Shown: piece by piece, positions 38,701-50,508 of the stretch
Numbering within the stretch: position 1 is the stretch's first letter
Layout: each line of letters begins with the position of its first letter
From: Psammoneis japonica
Lineage: Eukaryota
Length of the DNA stretch: 64,000 nt
NCBI GenBank assembly: GCA_008632985.1
Contig: QPGO01000041.1
Coordinates: 248,001-312,000 of the forward strand
Direction of reading: 5' to 3'
Notes under the pieces: model-generated
Database searches by the model: none
Told to the model about the DNA's origin: nothing
The model's input: only the letters and a program-made list of their open reading frames with translations
Program-made: the position numbers and the translations under genes

Positions 38701-41700
38701 ATCATGCACATCCATGATTGCAGTGCGATCTGCACACATGACAACACATGATTATGAACATGCACAGTTTTGTCTGCTCAACAATGCACACTGCATTTGG
38801 CTCCCCAATTGCACATTAGAGTCATTTGTCAAATGGAGTTGTTCGATGGATGTTGATGGCTTCAATGACATCACCACATTTGATCTGTGCTGTGCCGCTG
38901 GCATGGCTGAGCAGTTGTCATGACACAAGGCCTAGCATGGTGGGGCTGTTCTAATTTTTAAGAATCTTTCTCCAGCAGGATCTTCTCTCCCACTCGTCTG
39001 CATGTGTGTGGAATGCACTGTGCATTCTCTCCAGCATCATTTTTGTTTGTTGCATCTTGTTTTTGTTTCTGGACAAACTTCCAGCTAGCAACATGTTGGA
39101 CATTGAAGATCATGTCTCTGTCAAAGACCAATTGTCCTGGCACAGCTTGCACAGCAGTGTGACATGTCAAACATGCTGCAAAGGCCGCTGCTGACAGCAT
39201 TCCTTCAAATGGATTCTGGTCATCCAGGGGTGCATTTTTTGCAAATCAAATGTGTGCAGCATGTTGCCCAGTGCTTGATGCATGTGCTCAATTGTGGTGT
39301 TTGCTTGTGGATTTTGTGCAGTTGTGGGCTTGCACTCAATGCCACAATCTTCTTGGACCATTGTTCTAAATTGGTGCCCAACAAGCTCACTTCCATGATC
39401 ACAAGTGATCAACGATGGCCAAGGATGTCCACTTGACTGTGCTCTTTCTAACAACCCAACAACAGTCATGGATTTCTCACTTGGAATTTCCACTGCTTCA
39501 AACCATCCTGTTGCCGGATCTGTCAGTGTCAGATGTTTCAGAGCCAGGAGTTTCTTTTTGCTCTTGTGACGTGTCTTGTGTGGACCAACAAGATCCACAC
39601 ATGGTCTTTCCCATGGCACTGATTCTGCACACTTGAGGGCAAATGTCCACATTTCTTTTGTTTCTTCTTGAATTTCTGGCACATCTCACATTTCCATGCA
39701 TGTTTTTGCATGTCATCATGTGAGGCAGACCACCACAAGTGTCAGGAGATTGTCTCTTCAGCTCTGTTCATGCCAGGGTGCAAAAGGCACATGTGACACC
39801 AATTGGTCACTGACTTTTGCAACATCTGGTCTTTTGCTTGCCTCCACAAAAAGTCTTTGCACAACATGTTGTGTCTGACAATTTGGAGAGAATTCTTCAC
39901 CCCATTTTGTTCAACATCAAGAACTTTGCATGTTGATGGAAAGACATTGTCACATGATTTAGGAGCAATCTTGCCAGCCAGGTCTTCATTGCTGAGGTTT
40001 TCAAAAAGATTCCATTTTCTTCACAGTGAGTCAGCTGATTGCATCTGTGACAACATTTGCTTTGCCCTCAAGGTGAATTGTTTCGTGATGGCACTCTTCT
40101 GTTGTTGGTCACCAACACATGACTCCATCTGTTGTGAAATTCTTGTGGATGAGATTCTTGTGATTCACGCACACATTGTCTGTTGGCCAAACAGCACATT
40201 CCAGAATTCCTCAAGTGTCTCCACTGTGGACAGAAGCTCTTTTTCTGTTGCAGCACACTGTTTCTGTGCTCCACTTAACTTGCAACTGCAAAAGGCAACA
40301 GGTTGGCTGTTTCGCATTGTGACTGCTCCCAACTGAGAAACACTTGCGTTGGCATGTTGTGTCTCAAAAGGAACGTTGAAATTCAAGTGTGGCAACCATG
40401 TGTCTTTTGACACGATCCACTTCACATTTTTCAAGGCTTTTTGTTCTGTGCTTGTCCATGGCCACTTGACCTTAGATGAGGTGAGTTTGGCCAAAGGAGC
40501 AAGAACATGAGATCATTGAGGCTGCATGTCTTGACAATGGCAGATCACACCAATGAAGCATTGCAGCTTCTTGTGAGTTGCAGACATTGCAATTGCTTGA
40601 ACAGCCTCCACTTTCTCAGGCATTGTCTGATGCCATTTTGTGCAATGTGAAAGCCCAGATCACGGCCCACTTCTGGCTTGGCAAAAAATGACTTTTTGGC
40701 ATTGACCTTCAACCTGGCTTGTTTGATCCATGTGAATGTTGTTTCGAGCTTCCTGAGATGATCTTTGAAGTCACCTTTTGTCAGGCACATGCATCAATGT
40801 GAGTTCTGACAAACTCCAATCCTGCCACAAGCTTGCTCGCATGCTCCTGAAAAAAAAGTCCAGAACTCCACAGATTCCTGTGGGGAGTCTGCAGCACTCA
40901 CACTTGCCCTGAAGCATCACAATTGTGCACAAGCAATGTGCATGTGGTGTCAATTTGACATGGCAGCATCCCATGTTCAAATCCAATGAGGTTGCATGCA
41001 TGAAGCCCTCCAGCTTCTGCAGCACATCCTGAATTTTTGGCAAAGGATGCAGAGCACACATCAGCCAATTGTCAAGGTCATGGCAGTTGGACAGAAACCA
41101 AACTCCGCCATTTTTCTTGGACTGAGTGAAGGTTGGAGCTGCCCATTCAGAATGGTTTGTTTTTCTTGGGACTCCTGGTTTGCACAGTCTGTCCACCTCT
41201 TTCTGAGTGGTTGCCTCCAAGGCACTTGTGGATCTGGAAACAGTTTTGCATGGTGCAATTTTGCACCAGGTTTCAATGCTGAGTTGACTGGTTTTCCCAT
41301 CCATTTGCCCAGAGAACCATCAAAAAGAGGTTGAAACCTTTTTAGCAAGAAGCTCAGTTGCTTCTGTTCTTCTGGGGTTAGATGAGTCACTGTGGCAGTC
41401 ACATCATTTGGATTTGCAGCATGACAGTTAGCATCAAGGATCCGATTGATCCTGTCATTAAGACTGTTCACGGCATGGGATTCTTCAATGTGATTGGCAA
41501 TCAGCTTGAACACCTTGGCATCAAAGAGTGTGCCAACATTCTTCAGGGGTGCAGCTGCATCTTCCCACTTGATCTCTTCATTCACAAAGTCAAGCATGAT
41601 GCCCAGGACATTGAGTTGTGCCCCACAATCACATTGCATCTTGAAGAAGTCATTGCATGGAGTTGTTGACATGTGCTGTTTTCTTGATCAGTTTGTGTTT

Positions 41701-43850
41701 GTCAAATTCAGGTGGCGAGAATTGAGTGGCACATCAACCATCAGTCATAAAGAGCCCACCCTTTGTTTCCCAAGTTTTGGTGGTGGATTTCTCATTTCTC
41801 AACTCCCACATGAATTTGCACAAAATCACAGTTGACGATGTTCTGCCACAGAGAAAAATGCACGGCGGCTTGTTTTTCTCCTTTCAAAAGGAAGTGTTCA
41901 CACAAGCAATGACTGCTGAACCACAATTGTTTTTTTTAATTTTGTCATCAGTCGCATGTTTCACATGCACATTTCTGTGTGTGATCTTCCAAAAAATTGT
42001 TCCAGACTTGCTGTTTTGCGAAACCCCAGATGTTTTGTTTGACAAAATTGTGGGAACATCAATGCACCAGGCACATTCTTCAATGTCTGAAGAATGCACC
42101 TGGCTGAGTTTGCACATTCGCAAAATTGCCTCATTCTCTGTTGGCAATCATTGGTGCATTCATTGTCTGACAATTTCACTGCAGAGCTCACATGCAGAAT
42201 TCTGTGGGCCCAATGTCACACGGATTCCAACCTGCATCTGGAATGAGTCCAATGCACTGTGCTCAAAGAATGAGTGCAAACAAAAGCAGAACAAATCACG
42301 AAAAATGGAAATCACAAGATTGGATTTTACACTGTGATTTTGGGATTCTCTGAAGGAGCTCTCAATGGCCAAAAGCACTGGTGCTGCTCCCACAGAGCAA
42401 AGGCCATTCAGAGAATCCAATCAGGACAACAGATTGTCCAGATGCAATTGGCATTGGTGTCTTGTGTGTCAACATCATCTGTCAATCACACCCACAATTT
42501 CAGACTTCCAACCAATTCTGTGTGATCGATCTGACTGTCGTTCGCATCCACAACTGTCATGTGGTTGACACACATGACAACACATGATTGTGAGTGTGCA
42601 CAATTTCATTTGCTTGACAATGGTGCATGCTGCAGCAGGAAGAGGGGTGGACAGGAGGACATCTTTTGTTTGCTGTGGCTGGAGAGAAGTTGAGTGCAGT
42701 GCGCTGGGGTCGCACACAAAAGCACAAGCTTGGCACTTTGCATTCATTGTTCTGTTTGCAAAGTGCCAGTCACATGTTCAGCAGCAAGCATGATGACCTC
42801 TGCATGCCATTGTTCCTTCACAAGCCTTGATCCTTGAAATGCAGTGTGTGGCAACATGCCCCTCAGCATGGGATGACTTTGGATCTGTGCAATCCCACGA
42901 GGAAACTCTGTCCGCCAGTGCATTTTGGGGGGTGTCAGCACAGATTAACAGACTTTTGCCCTTTGCTCAGAGCAAGTGGGTGGGGCCAGAGTCTTAAAAG
43001 CAATGCAGGACCCTCATTGGTTGTCCATGCAAATGACGCATTTGGGCAAAATGTGCCATTGACAACACAACATGCAGTGGGACATTCCCATCCAAAATGC
43101 CACCACTGTTTTTCCAATGACCCCTGGTTGATTTTCTTTTAAGAACACAGCGTCAAACATTGTGGCACAGGTGCTTGTCAAACAGGCACATGAAGGAAAA
43201 TTGATTGGAAGTGCATGCTGCGCAGTGCCAGCTGCAAGCCAGTGGCATTCCATGGCTTCTGAGCACCGGCACATGCACACAGAAACAAGTTTGTTGCAGT
43301 TGGGGACCACGAATCAATTGCCGACATGCTTTTTTCCACGCAAAACATGCTGTTTTTCTCAGTGAGTGGGTCCGTCATTCCTGCGCAGATGGTGGATCAC
43401 TCTCAGGTCATGAGCTGTGCTTTTGCTGCAAGCAAGCGGGGCCCATGCACCACACAGCGAAACAACAAAAACTCTTCAGCATGCTGTTGTCAACACTGGT
43501 GGCAAGCATTTTCAATGTAAACACCTTCGCTCTGTTGGTGCAAATGGCGCATTCATCGTCATTTTCCTCATCGCTTTCGTTGGTTTCATCATCCGACATT
43601 TCGTGTGTGGCATGGCAAACACTCTGCTTGCGCAACGACCTTGCGTGAGATGCACCAGCAAAGTGCTGACACCTGCTGCCTTGTGCACGGCTGGCATGTC
43701 TTTGGACGCAACAAGCACCCTCCACAATGGCCTCTGGCGCCGATGGCACCCGATCGAAGAAGGTGCCCGCCCTCTTCCTGGCAAGCGAAACTCTCGTCCT
43801 TGCACGCGGCTTGCCACTGCCCTGTGCATGTTTTAGGCAGTGGCAACGAC
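35800..43850. other. Hypermutated block 4
   Basis: TA/CG depletion; includes a decayed Gypsy element with both LTRs. Confidence 0.85.
38417..42634 (-). mobile_element. Decayed Ty3/Gypsy LTR retrotransposon (RT-RNaseH-integrase; gag/protease region largely lost)
   Basis: Direct LTRs 38417-38795 and 42253-42634; 4-bp TSD GCAG; PBS-like TGG after the 5' LTR; PPT GGGGAG before the 3' LTR. RT: SEWAAPTF, LDLNMGCCHV. RNaseH: QLGAV..PVAFCS.KL..TEKELLS. Integrase: VDLVGP, DPATGWFE, NPQAN. Confidence 0.92.
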
Positions 43851-44171
43851 TCACCACTACACTGTTCACCACCAGCAGAACAGTGCTCCTCCTCTCACCA
43901 GGATCACGATTCTCCTACGGCAGTGTTGGGGGGTCTTACGTCTTAGTGAGTGGGTCATTTCCACGTGCCGGTAGACAGAGGATCACTCTCAATTTTATGC
44001 TATCTCGTAGAATCAGTACCAGTTCCTCGTAGCCAGAAATAGCATGATAGACATAGAGACCGCCACTGCGATTCTCGCTGCCTGTACCGGTACACTCTAC
44101 ACTGTAAACACCCAAGGCGAGGAGTCGCAAACTGTCTCTGTGATACAAAAAAATGTAAAGATTGAAAAAAA

Positions 44172-46789
44172 ATGGCGCTATCCCCAGTCACTTTCTCCCC
44201 ATCGACGCACCTTATTCTCCTTCTCTGCACTTTTACAAAAGTAGTAGCCACTGCATTCGTACCATCTCCATTTATCAGCTGGCACATGCTCAAGGATGCC
44301 GACACACCCAGAGGAGGATCAAGTTCACCGGCAACTACCACTACTGCTTGCATCCTCGAATTTGACACGGCAGATAGATCGCTCCATATTCATAGTAGCG
44401 ATGGAGAAGAAATATGTCTCTTTGCGGCTGTGTCACGAGTGTGGTCAGCGAAACCATCCGACGACAATAACGGTGTATTCCTACACACGTCGCACCCAAC
44501 CAAAGCGTCGGCATTTGATACATCACTGGGCAAACTGTTCACATGTCATCGATTACTGGCCTGTGCTCGAGTAACCCGATATTGGATGGGACCTGCGTTC
44601 GGTACCAAATCGAAACATATACCTCTTGACACGCAATTCTTGATGCTTGAAATCAAAGAGGGTGGTCCGTATGCCCTACTTTTGCCATTGTTGGATGGTG
44701 ACATTCGCGCTAGCTTGAGTGGCAGCAACAAAAAGAACGAGATTCTATGCCACGAAGAGAGTGGAGATGAATCCGTTTCGACATATGGTACTAGAGCCTT
44801 ATATGTGGCGGTGGGTGATGATCCATACAAGTTGCTTAGGGATGGCTTTGCCACGGTGGCTAGAGAAACTTTAACGTTTGCCACGCTCGATACGAAAACG
44901 TTACCACCAAATGTGGACGAGTTTGGTTGGTGTACCTGGGATGCCTTTTATTCAAAAGTAACGCCTCAGGGTATTATTGATGGCGTCACATCATTGAGGG
45001 AAGCGGGGATACAACCGAAAACGATTATACTAGACGATGGATGGCAACAAGTTGAGCCGCAGAAGAAGAGCATTGAAGTTGCGTCACCTGAGGAACAATC
45101 GAAGCCAAGGTCGTCAATAGCTACCAAGATTGCCAACGGTGTGCTTAGTATATTTGAAAAAGCTCTATCGACATTGTATGAAACCTTTGTTAGAAAGGCA
45201 CCTTTCAACTCGATTCCGAACAGAATCTGGCGCTTCCTTGCACGAACCGTACTAAAGGGACAACTTTGGGAATATTTTGACAATGAAACTGATTTTGGGA
45301 GGCAATTAAGCGGATTTCACTTAATGAAAAGTTCCAAGAAAATACCGATGAGTCCACAATCGGCCTAAAGGAACTTGTATCTCGCTTAAAGACAGAATTT
45401 GGAGTAACGCGGTTGTTTTGCTGGCACGCACTTCACGGCTATTGGCGCGGAGCAACTCCCAAGCTGGGCAAGGATAATGGGTTCAATGTAACGAATTTGA
45501 TGCCACAGCTTTCTGAGCACCTGTTGAAAGTTGAACCAGTTTTGGCGTGGGATGCAGTGTCGCTCTTTGGGGTTGGTCTCGTGACAAATGAGCAGGACCT
45601 GTCCAAATTCTATGACTATCTACATTCCCCTCTAGTTGATGCAGGAGTCGATGGAGTAAAAGTCGATGTACAGTCTGGCGTATCATCGCTTGGTGGCGGC
45701 ATTGGCGGAGGTAGTCGCATTGCTCGTTTGTATACACAAGCTCTAGAGGATTCAGTGGCGACAAGGTTTGCTTCTCAAGACGGCGGCATCAGTTGTATTA
45801 ACTGCATGTGCCATTCAACCGAAAATTTGTATCGATACAAACAAACGTCATTGGCAAGAGCATCGGATGATTTCTACCCCAGACGACCCAATAGTCACAC
45901 TGTGCATTTGGTGAACGTTGCATACAACTCACTCTTCATTGGGGAAATTTGCATGCCTGACTGGGACATGTTCCATTCCAAGCATGAATCGGGAGGCCTA
46001 CACGCCGCGGCTCGAGCAATCAGTGGTGGTCCAGTTTATGTGAGTGATGCACCTGGCGAGCATGACGCTGAACTACTGAAACGACTCGTTTTACCAGATG
46101 GATCCGTGTTGCGCTGTCTACTACCTGGCCGACCGACACGAGATTGCCTCTTTGCCGATGTAGCCAAGGATGCATCTAGTGTATTGAAGGTTTGGAATCA
46201 AAATCATCATGGCGGTGTTGTTGGACTGTTCAACTGTCAAGGCGTCGCGTGGAATTATAACACGCATGAGAATGAAGTTGTGAACAAGTCTCCACCGATG
46301 CTGACTGCGTCCGTCAAAGCTCATGATGTTGAAAGCCTGCGAAATAAGAATTGTCCATTTGTTGCTTTACGTCACCGAAGCTCGGCACTTGAATATCTTC
46401 GAGATGGAAACGCGACAGTACAGAGCAACATATCACCGAAGGATTGGGATATTATTACATTTGTTCCGGTGCAACAAACAAGTAATGGCGGTGTAGCTTG
46501 GGCTCCAATCGGTCTTGCCGACATGCTGAATACCGGAGGAGCAGTGCTCAACGTCACAAACATTGAAAATGACAACGCTTCTGCTTCTTGGGCAATGCTT
46601 ACAAGCCGTGGTCCGGGACGTTTCGTTGCCTTCTGCCGACCAGCACCAACGCAACTATCATTGATTCATGATCCAGATTCAGCCACCAACTTGCCTTTTA
46701 CGTACGATGCTGGGTCGGGATTGCTGAGCTTTGTCCTGCCAAGTGAGAGGGATGGTGCTCCGCATCGTGTAAAGGTTGTTTGGGAATGA
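44172..46789 (+). CDS. Raffinose synthase / seed-imbibition alkaline alpha-galactosidase (GH36), probable plastid presequence; apparent frameshift near 45320
   Basis: FGWCTWDAFY, IILDDGWQ, WHALHGYW, DGVKVDVQ, RASDDFYP, PDWDMFHS, AISGGPVYVSD; TAF-VP motif. Confidence 0.9.
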
Positions 46790-47179
46790 GGGAAGATGTG
46801 TTGTGAAAACACATGCATCAAATATCGTCCCATAATAAACTGTGCATGCAAGACCAACGAATAATCGAAAACATCCCTATTCTTTGGCTCGGGCCCCGTC
46901 AGGAGCTGTGGGTTGCTCCCGATTCCATGAAAAAAGAGGAGGGTTTGTCAGCGCGCACAATTCATGCAATCATACGAACAGCTGTCATTTTCACGTGATG
47001 CGTCTTGCGAACGCTAAAGACCCAAAGGAAATAACCCTTCTCTCTAGTAGAGAGTGGGCTACTCACCATTAGTTAGGGCCCCAAGTATTCTATCTTATGG
47101 TAAGTCATTCCTAACATAGCATCCTCTGCTACTTCCAACTTCGCTGGCATCCACTCTCGCTCGCTCTAAATAAATAGCA

Positions 47180-47209
47180 TCTGTCTGTCTGTCTGTCTGT
47201 CTGTCTGTC
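47180..47209 (+). repeat. (TCTG)n microsatellite
   Basis: About 7 TCTG units. Confidence 0.9.
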
Positions 47210-47310
47210 GATCTTTTTGTCTGTACTTCGTGCGTGCACACCCTCGGTCGCCGCGCGCGCGAGCGCAGGACGCCGAACACCCAACACCCTCCAAAACTCG
47301 CACCCGCACC

Positions 47311-48366
47311 ATGACGCTGGATCGAGAGGAAGCTACCCGATTGCTCAGGCAGTGCCATGATGATACAAACAACAGTACCAAAAAGGACGTGACTGTGGAG
47401 AGTTTGTGTCGACTATGGGCTGGAATGGGATACATTTATCTGGTTTCTTCCGGAACGTTCGAGATTGTTGTCAAGCGCATTACACCACCAAAACAACAAA
47501 ATATAAGCTTTGGCGATCGTCGCAAGGCCCAAAGCTACATTGTGGAAGCCAACTTTTATCAAAAGTTAGCACAAGAATTAATTAACAATCATGGATTGGC
47601 AATTCCAAAGCCACACTTGGTGGAACGCGGCAGTGATGATGATGATGCAATCACAATTTGCATGTCTCGTCTCGAGGGCAAGCCTGCGACTTTTCTGGGC
47701 AGAAACGAAACGTGTGCGGCTCTGACGTGGTTGGCGACGCTCCATGCAGCCACGTGGGGAACCGACAGAGCAAATGATTTGGTGAAACGGATTGGATTGC
47801 AACCGATTGGCAGTTTCTGGCATTTAGACACGAGACCGGACGAACATGCCGACATGCCTCGCGGCGGTTGGAAAGGCCGTTTGAAACACGCGGCTCGGGC
47901 CATTGACTCGAGATTAAAACGTGACGATATGCAATGCTGTATTCATGGTGACGCCAAGGATGCCAACATGCTGTTTTCTGCTGCAAACAAAAAATCCACC
48001 ACAAGCGTAGTAGCCATGTGCGACTTTCAATATTGCGGCAAGGCCCCACCAACCGTGGATCTGGCATATTTCTTTACAGTGGGTACCGATCATGGCGATG
48101 AACAGCACGACGAAATGCTACAATACTATCATGAACAGCTCCTTGAACGACTCGGAGATGACGAGCAGCACAAACCGACCTTTCAGGAATTACAGGAATC
48201 CCTATCTCTGGCATATTGTGACTTGGTCAGGTTCATGGTGGGATGGGGGTTCTGGGGACACGACAAGTCTTCCCATGTGATTGATGTGCTGGATCGACTC
48301 GATGGTGGGAGAGACTTGGGTTCAGAAGAAGCATATGATGAAGCTGTGAGGCGTGAATATGGTTAG
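47311..48366 (+). CDS. Ecdysteroid-kinase-like / choline-kinase-like (APH family) phosphotransferase
   Basis: LWAGMG, SYIVEANFY, IHGDAKDANMLF, DFQYCG, DLAYF motifs. Confidence 0.85.
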   Translation: MTLDREEATRLLRQCHDDTNNSTKKDVTVESLCRLWAGMGYIYLVSSGTFEIVVKRITPPKQQNISFGDRRKAQSYIVEANFYQKLAQELINNHGLAIPKPHLVERGSDDDDAITICMSRLEGKPATFLGRNETCAALTWLATLHAATWGTDRANDLVKRIGLQPIGSFWHLDTRPDEHADMPRGGWKGRLKHAARAIDSRLKRDDMQCCIHGDAKDANMLFSAANKKSTTSVVAMCDFQYCGKAPPTVDLAYFFTVGTDHGDEQHDEMLQYYHEQLLERLGDDEQHKPTFQELQESLSLAYCDLVRFMVGWGFWGHDKSSHVIDVLDRLDGGRDLGSEEAYDEAVRREYG

Positions 48367-48757
48367 AGGGGCGAGTCGTCGAACGCGAGCTGTATTGTAC
48401 TCGGAGAAGCCGTGAGAGGTTTGGCCCGCCACTCATCTTTCAAAGGCGCAATCAATTCCCACGTGGGCTATCGCATTGCCGCTTTCTTACTCTTCTTGCT
48501 TGAGGAAGCCTCAAGGAACCGTATATTGTGTTGGCACACTCTCTAGCAGCCCTCTGTTGTGATACCAGGTAACTTACCGGTAGCACGGGGGCGAGTGCGT
48601 GGATGAGGCGGACTACTCACAATATCTACCGGTTTTCGCGCGACCCGTGCGCACGCGACATGACAACGAGAAGGCGATCTTCTCTGCTTCTCAAAATTGA
48701 GAACCCCACAATAGACAACATCGTATCCAACTCATCAGGATATGCCATTCCGAAAAC

Positions 48758-50068
48758 ATGTGCTCAAACAAATCACAATACTACCGTCTCGCACTTGTTA
48801 CACTGCTTTCGCTTTGTTCATACCATGGCACTACAGACGGGTTCATCTCGCCTCGACCAACAACGCGACGAGTCGTTCAACAGTCCCGTGACGTTCCGTT
48901 CCTCAACGCGAACACTGATTCGTTCTTTTCAAACAAAGACAAACAAGATCTTTCACAGACAATAAACAAGAGGAACTCTTCACTAGTGAAGCACGTCAGC
49001 TTCTGGGAATCAAAGACCCTGGCGAATCGGTTGAAAAATGGAAGATCCGTCTACAATTGACCAAACCAATCACGTGGATTCCGTTGTCGCTCATTGTCAT
49101 GTGCGGTGCTGCTGCTTCTGGGAACTACCATTGGATATGGAATCCGTTTAATCCACAGGACCGCAACGTGGCTCTTGGACTGCATGACGCCTTTCGAGGT
49201 CTCTTGACCGTTTTGTTGGCCGGACCCTTTTCGGAAGGATTTGCGCAGACCATCAATGATTGGTACGATCGTGACGTGGACGCAATCAATGAACCGTATC
49301 GGCCAATCCCGTCGGGAGCCATTAGTCCAAAAGAGGTGCTGGAGCAGCTTGTCTTTTTGTTCTTGGGTGGACTGTGGATTGCCATGGGATTGGATAGCAT
49401 GACGGAGCACAAGTTCCCCGTGGTGACTGCGATTGCTTTGATTGGATACTTCATGTCTTATATTTACTCTGCGCCGCCGTTGAAATTAAAACAAAATGGC
49501 TGGACCGGTGATCTTGCTATTGGGTTATGTTATATTTCTTTTCCGTGGTGGTGCGGCCACAGCGTCTTCGGGAGCATGGATAATCCAGTCGACTGGCTTT
49601 TGTAAGTTCTTGCTTTTTGCGCACGCGACGTAAAACTGTTGCTTCTGCCTCATGTGCATCGTCGCTTTTCAATGACGCTCTAGACCGATGGCCTTTTCGT
49701 TAACCGGTATTGGAGCCGGAATTATCAATGATTTTAAATCAATGGAAGGTGACCGTGCCTTTGGTTTCCAGTCTATTCCACTTTTGCTTGGAGTCGACGG
49801 GGCAAAATGGGCTGCAGCCCTTATTCCTGATGTCGTTCAGCTGTCAATAGCTCTGTATCTTTACACGATTGGTGAAACAGTGACAGCTGCATTTGTACTG
49901 GCAATGGTGGCTTCCCAAGCGTACTTTCCATCCACTCTCTTGATTCCAGACCCACTGGCAAATGACCTCAAATACTTGACCATGAGCCAGCCATTTTCAT
50001 TTCTTTCTTTGCTTGCTACGGCTCTCTGCATTGGTCAACACGAATGGCCAATGAATGGTCCTGTTTAA
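48758..50068 (+). CDS. chlG: Chlorophyll synthase-like UbiA prenyltransferase (divergent ChlG), plastid-targeted; intron 49602-49683; apparent frameshift near 48970
   Basis: RQLLG..KWKIRLQLTKPITWIPL, QTINDWYDRDVDAINEPYRPIPSG, YSAPPLKLKQNGW, NDFKSMEGD. Confidence 0.85.
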
Positions 50069-50508
50069 AGAGAAACCTTGAACGACTTCGCAAGCGCTAG
50101 TAGATGACATATATCGTTCAAAGTGACTGTTTTAGAAATATACCGGCATTGATTGTTTCCACGTATCCTCTCGAAACTGTCTGTCAAGACTTCATGCCAG
50201 TGGAAGCCACAAATAGAAAGGCGGTTTCCAGACATCTTCTACGCTTTGCATCTCTACGAATGGAGGGGGTTCCTTCTGATTGCTTGAGAACTATTTGGCT
50301 TGTAGCAGTGTCGTTCATGAAGGTAGCCTTTTAAGTACGAATCGGCTTACCATGATGTACGATACTCTATTTAGACGCCCGGGGTCTGAGTCGCGAGTCA
50401 AACATGGCGTTTTGGGTGTAAACCACACGCAAGGAGCGCGAAAATCGCAGTGCTCAGTTCCTGTGACACACTAATCTACGCTTTCTTCGAAATATTCGGA
50501 AGATGCAA

